IMG/VR virus record: IMGVR_UViG_3300014204_000113
Location: 64,001-128,000 of that record
Origin: a virus
Lineage: Duplodnaviria; Caudoviricetes
Direction: 5' to 3' (one strand)
Length of the DNA: 64,000 nt
In this document: positions 19,691 to 29,859 of the stretch, piece after piece
Layout: each line of letters begins with the position of its first letter
Numbering within the stretch: position 1 is the first letter of the stretch
Notes under the pieces: generated by a model
The model's input: the letters and a program-made list of their open reading frames with translations, nothing else
Told to the model about the DNA's origin: nothing
The model's database searches: none
Translations under genes and position numbers: made by a program

Positions 19691-19987
19691 TTGCTACATA
19701 AAAACAAGGTGGGCAGATTAATGTACAAAATATACAAATACCCGTTTGAAATCAAAGATGAATTCATCATTGAGATGCCTTATGATTCAAAGATTCTCAA
19801 CGCCTTTTGCCAAAATGATATTCCTTGTATGTGGGCATTAGTTAATCCACAAAGAAAATTACAAAAACGTAAATTCACCATTATAGGTACAGGGCATCCA
19901 ATTGAAGAAACTTACAATTTAGAACATATTTCAACTTTTTCACAATCTGATGGCAAATTCATCTGGCACCTTTTTGAGATAGTCTAA
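19691..19987 (+). CDS. phage hypothetical protein
   Basis: IYKYP...WALVNP...GTGH...WHLFE pattern; likely start ATG 19721. Confidence 0.6.
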   Translation: MLHKNKVGRLMYKIYKYPFEIKDEFIIEMPYDSKILNAFCQNDIPCMWALVNPQRKLQKRKFTIIGTGHPIEETYNLEHISTFSQSDGKFIWHLFEIV

Positions 19988-20394
19988 TGCCAGAAGATGA
20001 CAACAAGAAATTTGAAACCATAGCGATTTCAGCGGATTTGATAGCTGAACAATTATTAATCGGTTTTGGAACTATGGATGTTGATGCAGCAAGCAGTTTG
20101 CAATTGGGAATGGTCAAGGCTTTGGCTGTGATGTGGGCAGCTTGTTCCAATGGTGATTCCAATGAAATATTTCATAAAATAATGGAAGCGATGCCGCCAT
20201 TAGCAAATTTAAAACAAGCAGGGTGGGTGCAATAATATGGATAAATTAAAAAAGATTTTTTCAGAAATTGAACCGAAAAAGATTCCTCCAATCCCAAAAC
20301 ACATAAGAAAAATATTGGATGATTATTCTGATATGGTGGACAACGCATTAAAGAAAGGTGAAGAATATAGAAAAAATTCAAAGGACAGATTCTA

Positions 20395-20934
20395 ATGGAT
20401 TACGAATATTATTTTTCGATGTGCGACAAAGTAGCGGAAAAAAGCAAATGTTTCAGTCGTAAAATTGGTGTTCTTGTAATGACACCAGACCTTAGTATTA
20501 TAAATACAGCGTATAATGGCCCAGCACGAAAAGTAAGTCATTGTGATAGTCAAGAACGATTACAATGGCTTGAAAAACAATTGAAAGATACCCATGTTGG
20601 AGCGGTAGATTTATATTTATTGGACAATGGCTATGGAACAAAGTGTCCTCGTCAAATATTAAAATTTAAAAGTGGAGAAGGATTACATCTATGTCAGGCT
20701 GCACATGCGGAAAGAAATGCAATTGCAAACTGCGCTAGAGAAGGAATAAAAACAAAAAATAACTGGATGTTGATGAATTGTAGCCTTCCTTGTCAAGAAT
20801 GTTCCAAAGGAATTATTGGTGCAGGTTTTTCAAAAATAATATGTGTTGAAGGTGATGATTATGACAAAGGAAGCCGGTGGATTTTAGATCAAGCTGGAAT
20901 TGAAATAGTTCAAATAAAAAGACAAAAAATATAA
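20395..20934 (+). CDS. dCMP deaminase
   Basis: S.C..RKIG, YNG, HAERNAI, PCQEC. Confidence 0.88.
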   Translation: MDYEYYFSMCDKVAEKSKCFSRKIGVLVMTPDLSIINTAYNGPARKVSHCDSQERLQWLEKQLKDTHVGAVDLYLLDNGYGTKCPRQILKFKSGEGLHLCQAAHAERNAIANCAREGIKTKNNWMLMNCSLPCQECSKGIIGAGFSKIICVEGDDYDKGSRWILDQAGIEIVQIKRQKI

Positions 20935-21261
20935 AAAGAGAGGAATAAACAAATGAATTTTACGCCTGAAGAAATTAAAGAATTGGAAGAGGCGGTTGGT
21001 GTTTATCTTGAAATGGCCAAAGTTGTCAAACCAGTAGCAGAAGATATCGTTGATAGTATTTTGCAGTATGGACCTGTTTTAAGAAAATTGTTTGATGCCA
21101 TCATAGATTATCAAAACGAAAGAACCATTGCGACTATCAAACAATTTAAAGAAGCCGGTCTTGAACTTCACAACGATCAGATTCTTGCTTTGGTTCTTGG
21201 AAATAAAATGAGTTTTACTGACGTGTTGAAAAATATCAATTTTCAAAAATAAGGAGGAATA

Positions 21262-21690
21262 ATGAACATTTCCAAAGGCAGCAAATGGTATAAAATATTC
21301 ATGTGGTCATTGAGTATTTGTGAATCGTTTACTGGAAAACATTTATCATACAAATACCAAAATGGAACAAACCTTTGCCATATGATGCGAACCATATTTG
21401 TTTACATACCGTTGATCTTTTTGTCCCAGTTGTTGGTGTTGGGCGCGGCATTTTCGGTTTTAATTTACGTGCCGTTTAAATGGTTCGGAGCATTAACTTG
21501 GCTTGGTTTGATATTGGCAATAGTAGTTGGGTTTATTCTATTGTTTTCTCTTTTCATGGGTGGAGACAAACTTAAAAACAAGTTTGAAAGATGGTGTGAT
21601 GAAAAAGAACCAAGTCTTGTTTGGGAATGGATCAAAGCAAAGAAACATAAAATTTGTCCGTTGATCCAGTGGGAGAACAATCATGAGTAA
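21262..21690 (+). CDS. membrane protein
   Basis: two long hydrophobic segments; K.KICP C-terminus. Confidence 0.6.
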   Translation: MNISKGSKWYKIFMWSLSICESFTGKHLSYKYQNGTNLCHMMRTIFVYIPLIFLSQLLVLGAAFSVLIYVPFKWFGALTWLGLILAIVVGFILLFSLFMGGDKLKNKFERWCDEKEPSLVWEWIKAKKHKICPLIQWENNHE

Positions 21691-21996
21691 ATGGATAATG
21701 CCTCTTCCGGCTGTCGGAATCGCTCTCTTTGTAATCCCTTTTATCTTCGCGATTCAATTTGCTGTCCATCAAGATTATAAAATTTATGAAGGTCCGTGCT
21801 CATTTGTTGAATGGTCAACAGACAGTTTTAGATTGAAAATGAAGGTTAAATTTGACAATGGCAAAGAAGGAGAAACCTCTGACAAGAAAGCCTATCTACT
21901 TTTGGAAAAAGGTAAAACCATGATTGGTGAGTTGAAAATTTCTGGCGATGTTGATTTGAAAGAGCCTAAAGAAGAAAAGATTAAAGGATAATTAAT

Positions 21997-22437
21997 ATGC
22001 TACCAAGAAGCGGTTATCAACCAGAAGAAGAACTTGATTTGACGAATCCACCACAAGGTGATTCTGGTATTGATTGGCAAGAAATATTTTCCCAAACAGA
22101 AAAGAGGTCTCCTAAATTTTTTCAGATGTTGGTCAAGGCGGCTGACATCCACAATCGAAAAAACGCAAATTACGCAGGTTTGGGAAACGACCCGTTTGCC
22201 AATTTCAGAGAAGCGGAAAAATACGCTTGCCCTTCTTGCGGTGAAAAAATTCCAGCATGGCTCGGAGTAGCCATACGTATTTCGGACAAAACCAGTAGAA
22301 TCAACAACTTGCTTGGTGGTATTCCAGATATGGTTGGAGAAAGCCTTCTTGACACCTACACAGATTTAGGGGTTTATTCCAAAATTTTCTGCATTCTTTA
22401 CGAAGAATGGGAAGAGAAAAAGAAGAAAAAACTCTAA
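21997..22437 (+). CDS. DUF1599 / nucleotide-modification-associated domain protein
   Basis: RKNANYA...DPFANF...RISDK..RI...ESL.DT..DL.VY. Confidence 0.7.
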   Translation: MLPRSGYQPEEELDLTNPPQGDSGIDWQEIFSQTEKRSPKFFQMLVKAADIHNRKNANYAGLGNDPFANFREAEKYACPSCGEKIPAWLGVAIRISDKTSRINNLLGGIPDMVGESLLDTYTDLGVYSKIFCILYEEWEEKKKKKL

Positions 22438-22444
22438 AAATTTC

Positions 22445-22472
22445 TTGACAACCCGATTCTAAGGTTTATAAT
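22445..22472 (+). promoter_or_regulatory. sigma70-type promoter
   Basis: TTGACA-16-TATAAT upstream of a GGAGG RBS and gene 22504. Confidence 0.65.
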
Positions 22473-22503
22473 AGAGGCAAATCTTTGAAGGAGGAACCTG
22501 AAA

Positions 22504-22758
22504 ATGAAAACCCTATTCCTGATTTTGCTTCTATGTCTGCTTGCAAGTCCCGCATGGCCCAGAGACCACAACAATTATGTAATCAGAGACAAGAATTATA
22601 CTGTCAAAAATTATGTCAAAGATGGAAAAATTTATGATAAGAATTACCGTCTTGAAGGTTACATAAGTCCTAATGGCACTATCAGAGATAGAAATTATAA
22701 AACTGAAGGTTATCTTGACAGGAATAGAAGTGGCGGTCGCAAAGGGCGAAACAAATGA
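22504..22758 (+). CDS. secreted protein with three IxD(K/R)NY...Y repeats
   Basis: signal peptide MKTLFLILLLCLLASPAWP; repeats IRDKNY, IYDKNY, IRDRNY. Confidence 0.7.
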   Translation: MKTLFLILLLCLLASPAWPRDHNNYVIRDKNYTVKNYVKDGKIYDKNYRLEGYISPNGTIRDRNYKTEGYLDRNRSGGRKGRNK

Positions 22759-22928
22759 GAATTTCTGCTTACATTGTCATAATCGGTTTTGTCCTTGTAC
22801 TGGGTGGATGGATTTGGTTGGTGAATGATGTAGAATCCAAAAAACCAAGAGGTTTGAGTCCAAATCAGCAAGTAATGCTTGATAATGAAATATCAATCAA
22901 GAAAAAGATTTATGGTGATAGGAGATAA
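22755..22928 (+). CDS. small membrane protein (57 aa, below the ORF-track cutoff)
   Basis: ATGA overlap with the previous stop; N-terminal hydrophobic stretch. Confidence 0.55.
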   Translation: MRISAYIVIIGFVLVLGGWIWLVNDVESKKPRGLSPNQQVMLDNEISIKKKIYGDRR

Positions 22929-22929
22929 A

Positions 22930-22947
22930 TTATGATTAATCTTTACA
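22930..22947 (+). repeat. 18-bp direct repeat, left copy
   Basis: TTATGATTAATCTTTACA, identical at 24678-24695. Confidence 0.8.
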
Positions 22948-22983
22948 TTACCAAATGCCATTAGAAGAGAATAAAAAGTTTAC

Positions 22984-23058
22984 AGCATGGTTAGGCGAGT
23001 CCGGGCGATGCTAGGTAGGGCATGGCCAGGCGGGTCTAGGTGTGGCAGGTTGTGGCGA
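22984..23058 (+). ncRNA. GGC-NN pentamer array B1 (15 units)
   Basis: NN = AT TA GA CG GA TA AG AT CA GG TA GT AG GT GA; triplet mostly GGC/GGT with variants. Confidence 0.85.
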
Positions 23059-23106
23059 GGATTTAAAAAACGAAAAATCTAACACAAATAAAAGGAGGAA
23101 CAACAA

Positions 23107-23661
23107 ATGAACTTGGTACTGTGTAAATACAAAATTACTGGCTTATTTCCACTTTTAACCCACAGTCCTGCTGGAATGAGGCAAGCGGCCAATGCGCCAA
23201 AAGTCAAGAAGATTCCATCGCCAGAAGATGAAGCACAAGCTGGTTTGTATATTGATAATGATGGAAATTATTGCATCCCGTCTATTGCTTTTCGTTCAGC
23301 TTTATTGAATGGATTGAAAGGGAAAAAGATTGGCAAGGTGGGTGCAATTTCAGTGTTTCAAGCTGCGGTTTTTAACGTGGACGAATTGAGTCCATTAGTT
23401 GACCCTGAAACTGGGCGAGCATTAAGGGAATATACGATCGACACTCGTAGAGCTATCGTGCAAAGACAAGGAATTTTAAGAAACCGTCCAAGATTTGAAA
23501 AATGGGGATGTAATGTTTTTCTTCAAATCGACTTGGAAATAACCACACCTGAGCAAGTAGAAGAAGCATTGAATACGGCTGGTCAAATCATTGGCGTGGG
23601 TGATTTCCGTATTGAAAAGAGAGGAATGTTCGGTAAGTTTCAAGCCGAATTGGTTGAATAA
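23107..23661 (+). CDS. stand-alone RAMP/Cas7-like protein, paralog 2 (GGC arrays)
   Basis: ITGLFPLL, IPS, DTRRAIV...ILRNRPRF..W, AG..IGVGDFR....GMFGKF. Confidence 0.8.
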   Translation: MNLVLCKYKITGLFPLLTHSPAGMRQAANAPKVKKIPSPEDEAQAGLYIDNDGNYCIPSIAFRSALLNGLKGKKIGKVGAISVFQAAVFNVDELSPLVDPETGRALREYTIDTRRAIVQRQGILRNRPRFEKWGCNVFLQIDLEITTPEQVEEALNTAGQIIGVGDFRIEKRGMFGKFQAELVE

Positions 23662-23679
23662 AAGATTTTAAAGATTTGT

Positions 23680-23744
23680 GGCAAGGCGAGGCTGGGCTAG
23701 GCGGGGCTAGGCGGGGCTAGGCGGGGCTAGGTATGTCAAGGCGA
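23680..23744 (+). ncRNA. GGC-NN pentamer array B2 (13 units)
   Basis: NN = AA GA TG TA GG TA GG TA GG TA AT AA GA; internal (GGCGGGGCTA)x3. Confidence 0.8.
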
Positions 23745-23789
23745 GGTTTGAAAAAGAAATTAAGAACAAGAAATATAATGATTTTTCGC

Positions 23790-23839
23790 GGCGGGGTGGG
23801 GCGATGCCCGGCCCGGCATGGTAAGGCAAGTTAAGGCGA
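23790..23839 (+). ncRNA. GGC-NN pentamer array B3 (10 units)
   Basis: NN = GG GG GA CC CC AT AA AA AA GA. Confidence 0.8.
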
Positions 23840-23870
23840 GGGTTTTCAAACAAAACAAAGGAGAATAAAT

Positions 23871-24548
23871 ATGCTAATCAAAGCAGCAGAATTGATTGAG
23901 GATTTCAGTTTATATCCACGTTCCCAAGTGGACACAACACATGTAAGAAATATTGCAGAAGCAATGATGGCAGGAGAAAAATTTCCGTCTATCATCATTG
24001 ATGAACAAAATAGGATTATTGATGGCTTCCATCGGAAAAGAGCTACATTGAGGGTTTTTGGAGATGAGGCTGATATTGAAGTAGAAGTTCGACAATATGT
24101 TAACGATAAAGAAAGATTTCTTGATGCTTTGAGATATAATTCAAGACACGGTAAGGGAATAACTGGAGTTGAACAGACAGGAGCTATTTTGAAGGCTCAA
24201 GGTTTCAAGATTGACCCTAAATTTATCGCTTCTGCTTTGGGAATCAGCCAAGAAAGAGTCAAAGAAATCGTGCAATGTAAAGTCGGGAACATTCGCCAAG
24301 GTACGACTGCTCATGGAGACCCAGTTCCTCTAAAACGCTCTATGCAGCATTTTGCTGGGAAAGAAATGACTGTTGAGCAAGTTAAGGTGAATGATATGGC
24401 TCCCGGCACGCCACAATCTCTTCTTATCAATCAACTTATCGGATTTATTGAAAGCGGTAGTTTACAACTGGAAAATGAAAAGATTGTTAATGGACTCATC
24501 CATTTGAAGGAACTTTTAAATGGATTGGTTTTGGAAAAAGCGGTTTGA
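23871..24548 (+). CDS. ParB/Srx N-terminal domain protein inside the GGC module
   Basis: YPR, FPSIII, IIDGFHRKRA, N..HG, followed by a possible HTH (IASALGIS). Confidence 0.75.
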   Translation: MLIKAAELIEDFSLYPRSQVDTTHVRNIAEAMMAGEKFPSIIIDEQNRIIDGFHRKRATLRVFGDEADIEVEVRQYVNDKERFLDALRYNSRHGKGITGVEQTGAILKAQGFKIDPKFIASALGISQERVKEIVQCKVGNIRQGTTAHGDPVPLKRSMQHFAGKEMTVEQVKVNDMAPGTPQSLLINQLIGFIESGSLQLENEKIVNGLIHLKELLNGLVLEKAV

Positions 24549-24563
24549 AATAATTAAAGATTT

Positions 24564-24623
24564 GGCTCGGCTTGGTTGGGCGCGGCTAGGCTATGCGCGG
24601 CTTTGCGTGGCAGGGCAAGGCGT
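24564..24623 (+). ncRNA. GGC-NN pentamer array B4 (12 units)
   Basis: NN = TC TT TG GC TA TA GC TT GT AG AA GT. Confidence 0.8.
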
Positions 24624-24677
24624 GGATTTATCATCACAAAGAACAAATTTGAATTAAGTGAAACAGGAGGAGGTAAT

Positions 24678-24695
24678 TTATGATTAATCTTTACA
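24678..24695 (+). repeat. 18-bp direct repeat, right copy
   Basis: TTATGATTAATCTTTACA. Confidence 0.8.
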
Positions 24696-24723
24696 CGAGG
24701 TTGGCCTATGTTAGACGACCCGA

Positions 24724-25230
24724 GTGAGATGGACACTAAAGCTGACGGCCTTCTTATGGCTGATTTTAACAATAACCCTTTACCCGATGGCAACCTCCAG
24801 CCAACCTTTAAAAGAAACGACTATGTTGCCAACTCGGAAGTATCAAAAGCAGGAACCTTCAATTATTGTGATTAAGGCTTTGATTTGCGCTTCTGCAATT
24901 AAACATAAAGTTAAGCCAGAGGAATTAATGGCATTAGCTCACATTGAATCTCGCAAAGGTAAAAAAGAATTTCGTGTGGGATTAACTGGTAGATACTATT
25001 TGCCGATGGGTATATACAAAGGGTGTAAAACCGAAGATGACAAATCAACTTTAAGTGGCAATATTGAAATTGGAGCAAAAACATTGTCTAGACTTATCCA
25101 CAGAAGAGGAAGTCTAAAAAAGGCGCTTCAAAAATACAATGCCAGTTTCAATTCCAGTTATTGGAACGAAGTAAGAAGAGCATCCAAGAAATATAAACAT
25201 GAACTTAAACATGGATTTTTAACCCAATAA
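24724..25230 (+). CDS. lytic transglycosylase (SLT)-like protein with N-terminal signal/anchor
   Basis: ALAHIES catalytic motif, NI.IGA..L, AL.KYN. Confidence 0.65.
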   Translation: MRWTLKLTAFLWLILTITLYPMATSSQPLKETTMLPTRKYQKQEPSIIVIKALICASAIKHKVKPEELMALAHIESRKGKKEFRVGLTGRYYLPMGIYKGCKTEDDKSTLSGNIEIGAKTLSRLIHRRGSLKKALQKYNASFNSSYWNEVRRASKKYKHELKHGFLTQ

Positions 25231-25244
25231 AGGAGGAATAAGAA

Positions 25245-25559
25245 ATGAAGAAAATGGTTGAAGGTCTTTTGGTGGAAACTTTTCCCAACGAACAAATTAG
25301 GGCTTGGTGTACAAGAAGTCGTCTATGTGGTCAGGGATCGGATGGTAATTGTTTTGAATTTGACGACCCAGACAAAAGAAATTTATCTAAAAATACTAAA
25401 TCTTTAATAAAAGAACTTTGTTTTATCAATGGAATCAAAAAAGCGAGTTGTTGGCCTTATGAAATAAGAATTGAAAAGGCTAAAACCTATACTTGGGAAG
25501 AACTTGAACCAATCATCTTATATCTGATGGTTAAATATGAGGTTTATGCTGAGAGGTAG
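25245..25559 (+). CDS. NifU/Nfu N-terminal-like protein
   Basis: ETFPN...LIKEL..INGI......I.IEK....WEELEP.I. Confidence 0.55.
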   Translation: MKKMVEGLLVETFPNEQIRAWCTRSRLCGQGSDGNCFEFDDPDKRNLSKNTKSLIKELCFINGIKKASCWPYEIRIEKAKTYTWEELEPIILYLMVKYEVYAER

Positions 25560-25565
25560 ATAAAA

Positions 25566-25652
25566 ATCGGTGTGGCGGAATGGTAAAGGCAATAGATTGC
25601 TAATCTATCTGGTGTCAAAGCCGCGAAGGTTCGAATCCTTCACTTACCACCA
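25566..25652 (+). tRNA. degenerate tRNA-Ser(GCT)-like (possible pseudo-tRNA)
   Basis: ATAGA-TTGCTAA-TCTAT anticodon arm, long variable arm, GAAGG-TTCGAAT-CCTTC, CCA; acceptor stem pairs poorly. Confidence 0.6.
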
Positions 25653-25663
25653 TTTTAAAATGT

Positions 25664-25739
25664 GGACTCGTAATTCAGTTGGTAGAAGCCTCAACTCATA
25701 ATTGAGTAGTCTCCCGTTCGAGCCGGGACGAGTCCACCA
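25664..25739 (+). tRNA. tRNA with CAT anticodon (elongator Met or Ile2)
   Basis: GGACTCG/CGAGTCC acceptor, CTCAA-CTCATAA-TTGAG, TCCCG-TTCGAGC-CGGGA, ACCA. Confidence 0.88.
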
Positions 25740-26046
25740 TAAATAAAAGGAGGTTTGATATGGGAGATAGGTATGAATTCAGTTTAAACTGCACAAGATG
25801 TTTATATAACAACCAAGTTTATTATGCGCCATCTTCTGGTTTCACTACATTTAAATGTGAGATGTGTGGACAATTTCATAGGATACAATTAGGATTTACT
25901 GCTATTCCTATAACCGAAGAAGAATATAATAATCCAATATGTGAGGAATAACTTATCTCGAATCTACATTTATTGGTTAAACAAAACCAACAAGAAGTTT
26001 TTAAATTTTGATTATGTTTAATGAAATTTAAAAAAGGAGAAATCTA

Positions 26047-26736
26047 ATGAGAGATAAAATCTGTGTAGCCCTTGATGTTCCAAGTCCCGAAGCAATTCAG
26101 TTAATAGAAAAATTAAATGGTAAAGTAGGATGGTGCAAGATCGGTCCTGCTCTTTTGACTACGGAAGATGGTCTACGATTGGCAGTTTTTGCTAAAGATC
26201 ATGGATTTAAAACCTTTCTTGATTTCAAATTTAAAGACATCCCTTCTGTGGTTACTAAGGGTATCAAAAATCTACACGGTATTGCCGATTTGATCACTGT
26301 TCATATTGATGGTGGAATTACTATGTTGAAAGAAGCAAAACAAGCAGCAGGTGATAATATCAAAATAATTGGTGTTACCTTACTCACTAGTCTTGGGAGA
26401 CAAGATTTGGAAGATTTTGGCTATGACAATTCCAGAACCTCAGAAGTCCAAGTTATTCAAATGACCCATCTTGCAATTAAATCTGGTATCGATGGTATAG
26501 TTTGTTCTGCTCAAGAATTAGGTAGGGTGAAGGCAAATAATTCACAATTGTTTTGTGTAACTCCAGGCTTAAAAATGCCTCAAGGAGATGATCATGAAGA
26601 CCAAGCGAGAACTGGCAACCCTCGTTGGGCCTACCAGCAAGGAAGTGATTTATTGGTTATGGGTCGAGATATTTATGAAGCCAAAGACCCTGTAAAACAA
26701 GTGGAGTCTATTGTAAAATTGTGTTTAGGGAATTAA
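26047..26736 (+). CDS. pyrF: orotidine-5'-phosphate decarboxylase
   Basis: ALD, KIG, DFKFKDIP, VTLLTS, DGIVCS, TPG, DQAR, VMGR. Confidence 0.92.
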   Translation: MRDKICVALDVPSPEAIQLIEKLNGKVGWCKIGPALLTTEDGLRLAVFAKDHGFKTFLDFKFKDIPSVVTKGIKNLHGIADLITVHIDGGITMLKEAKQAAGDNIKIIGVTLLTSLGRQDLEDFGYDNSRTSEVQVIQMTHLAIKSGIDGIVCSAQELGRVKANNSQLFCVTPGLKMPQGDDHEDQARTGNPRWAYQQGSDLLVMGRDIYEAKDPVKQVESIVKLCLGN

Positions 26737-27586
26737 ATAATTTTATAATAAATCATATGTCTTACTAAGGAGGACTTAACACAAAGGAGATTTACCATGA
26801 TCGGAGCAAGACTATTCATGGCTAATAAAATTGCAGAAAAAGTATGGTGGAAGTATCATGGAGAAGATTATCAGCATTGGGAATATGGAGACCCTTGGTT
26901 TTGCAATCGCATAGTTAATACTTTCACATTTCCACCTGTTGGAATATACAGAAAAACAAGAGTATTTTGTAGCAGTCCTTGGTGTTGCGGCAATCCAAGA
27001 AGGAAAAAGAAAGGTAAAGACAGATTGACTTTGCAAGAAAGGAGGATGATATGAAGCCGGAAGAAAAGTTGGAATTGATTAAAAAATGGCCATTAGGAGT
27101 CGGAGATCGTTTTACTTTTATTCCAACAGAAAAACAACAAAACGACCATAAATTTTTATCACTCGTGAAAGAAATAGAAAAAAGTAGAAGAGGTGATGTT
27201 TAATTCTAAATGGAGAAAATTAAATGGAACCAGAAGAAAAACTTGAACTGATTAAAGAAGCATTGAAAGATTGGAGGAATGGAAGTTTACATGAAACTTC
27301 TTGCCTTATTGCTATTGATGGAATAGTTAATGGTCTTGGAAAAATTACAAAAGAAGATATTGAATGGGGAAAGAAATCTATTAAAGAAATGGAAGAAAGA
27401 TGAGAACTATGAGTGAAATAAATTGCGTAAACAGCGGGCATAGATTAAGTCCAGTTGCTTATCACTATGTAAATAAAAATACTATGGTGCCAATTGTAGT
27501 TTGTTATGATTGTAACTGTTTGTTACCACATAAAGATATAATAATTTCTGTAATCATAAAAACAAATCAAAAGTGAAGGAGATAAA

Positions 27587-28327
27587 ATGCTCAACCCGGT
27601 ATTTATAAAAGCTACAGACTTGAATGATACGTGGCATCAAGTTTTGTTTGCTCTTTTAGACAAGGGTAGAAGATTTAAAATAGACAAAGGAAGTTATGCA
27701 GGAGAAACTCGTCTTGAATTTGATTATTTAACTATTCAAATTACTCATCCTGGTGCAAGACCATTGGAACCGCAAATTCCTCAACATTTAGGAATTCCTA
27801 ATCCTGTAGAACTAGGATATATTCTTGGAGACCATCCAAGTTTTAAAGGAAAACCATATATTGAATATCTGATGTCTCCAATTAAAGAAAAAGGAGAAGA
27901 TTATACTTACGGAAGTCGGATATCTGGTTATGATTATTTAGTATGTGATATGGAAGAAAGAATAGATTGTCATTATGCTACATTGAATCAAATAGAGAAA
28001 ATTATTTACACATTCAAAAATTTCGGTTACAGAAACAATCAAATGGTTTTGCAGATAGCGAGGCCGGAAGATTTGATGTTGGAAGACCCTCCTTGCTTAC
28101 GTCACATTCAATGTCGAATACAAGACAACAAATTGCATTTCATGGTCTATTTTCGGAGTTGGGATATGTTCTCCGGCGCTCCTAGTAATCTTGCTGCTAT
28201 ACAAATTTTGAAAGAATACATGGGAGGAGAAATAGGAGTTGAAGACGGTGAAATTATAGCCGCATCTGCTGGAGCACATATCTATGGATATGTTGAAGAA
28301 ATTGCTAAATTAAGAAGGGGTTATTAA
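27587..28327 (+). CDS. thyA: thymidylate synthase-family enzyme
   Basis: YTYG.R, PPCL, FRSWD, G.PSN, AHIY. Confidence 0.8.
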   Translation: MLNPVFIKATDLNDTWHQVLFALLDKGRRFKIDKGSYAGETRLEFDYLTIQITHPGARPLEPQIPQHLGIPNPVELGYILGDHPSFKGKPYIEYLMSPIKEKGEDYTYGSRISGYDYLVCDMEERIDCHYATLNQIEKIIYTFKNFGYRNNQMVLQIARPEDLMLEDPPCLRHIQCRIQDNKLHFMVYFRSWDMFSGAPSNLAAIQILKEYMGGEIGVEDGEIIAASAGAHIYGYVEEIAKLRRGY

Positions 28328-29499
28328 TAATGCTCTCTTTCCAATGTGCTAAATGCAAGAAACTTAGCAATAATATATTTGGTGGTCAATGCGTCATTGA
28401 AAAAGATGGTGTTCAACTTGAAGTTTGTGTAAAATGTTCTGAAAAACTTCAAAAGAAGGGTTGGAAAGAAATTTCCAGAGCTAGATGAGGTAAAAGAACT
28501 ATGTCATATCCAAAAGAAAGTGAAAGAAAACCCTTCTTTGATAAATGCCCATATTGTGGAGCAAAAATTCATCCAACTTATTATCATAGTGAAGGAGGGA
28601 TAGAAATAACAAGAATGTTTTTATGTGGAACTGTGCAAAAACGAAAACAAGAATATTTTGATTCAAAGTGGACTTCAACTTGTAGGGAACAAGGCTATAA
28701 TGGAGTAATGTAATCAATGCCAAAAATAACTTGTAATGAATGCAGGAAAAATGTAGTTAAAGACCTAGAATACCCAGCTTGGCTTTCACTTATGAATTTC
28801 CTTTCATTTCTTTATTATGAAGAACAGATTACTAAATTAACTTATGAAACTATGCAAAACGATTTGATGATGTTAAAACCATGGAGAACTTCACAAGAAG
28901 AAGAGTTGGAAGGCATCGTAGAAAATCTTGAAAAGAGAGATATTACTATTGAGGATGTAATTAAAAAACTAAAGAGAGATTATTACAATGAAGAAGATTA
29001 ATCCTGTTGTTATTGATAAAGTGAAAAGTTTTTTAGATTATGATGGTTATGCCTTCTTTCTTATGTGCAAAGAAGAATATCGAACCGTATCACCAACTTG
29101 GGTAGAAGGCAAAGGTAGGAATAAAACTACTCATTCAGTACAACTTAGAGAAGGTATGGAAGTAAAAAACTTCATGCGTGGTCTTGGTCTTTTGAACGAT
29201 TGGACAGATAAAGATTTTGACAAAGGATGGATAAAAGCCATTGAAATAATCTTGGAAGACATGGATAAAGAACCGATACCAGAAAATTTGATGCCAAAAG
29301 AAAAAATACAAAAAACTTTGCCGAAGATAATTAAAATTGAAGACAGGATGGATGATTAAACTCTTAACTTAAGGAGAATTATTAATGTCTTTTCAATGCG
29401 AACGCTGTGGAAAAACTATTGACAAAATTACTTACAAAATTGTCAAGGCAGAACCAAAAGAAGTCAAAGGATTGTGTTCATATTGTGAAATGACGATAG

Positions 29500-29859
29500 A
29501 TGTCAGAAAAAACCTTCTTTTGGGTGCAAACCTATATAGATACCTTTATAATAATGAATAAACCTCATTTCAATAAACTATCTAATGCTGAATTGGAACG
29601 TCTTGCTTGTCTCGCTGAAGAATGCGGAGAAGTAATTCAAATGGTGAATAAGACAATAAGACACGGTTTTGATAATTCTCATCTAAAATATGGTAATAAA
29701 ACTTGCAGAGAATTGTTAGAACAAGAAATTGCTGACCTATTTGTAATTTTTGAATTGATGAATGGAAATGAAGATTTCGATGAAGATCGTTTGTATGAAT
29801 GTAAAATGTTTAAGAAAAGTAAAATAAACAAAAGTCTTAGATATAATGAGGTTTCATAA
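29500..29859 (+). CDS. MazG-like NTP pyrophosphohydrolase
   Basis: LAEECGEVIQ...K..RHG...EIADL. Confidence 0.75.
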   Translation: MSEKTFFWVQTYIDTFIIMNKPHFNKLSNAELERLACLAEECGEVIQMVNKTIRHGFDNSHLKYGNKTCRELLEQEIADLFVIFELMNGNEDFDEDRLYECKMFKKSKINKSLRYNEVS

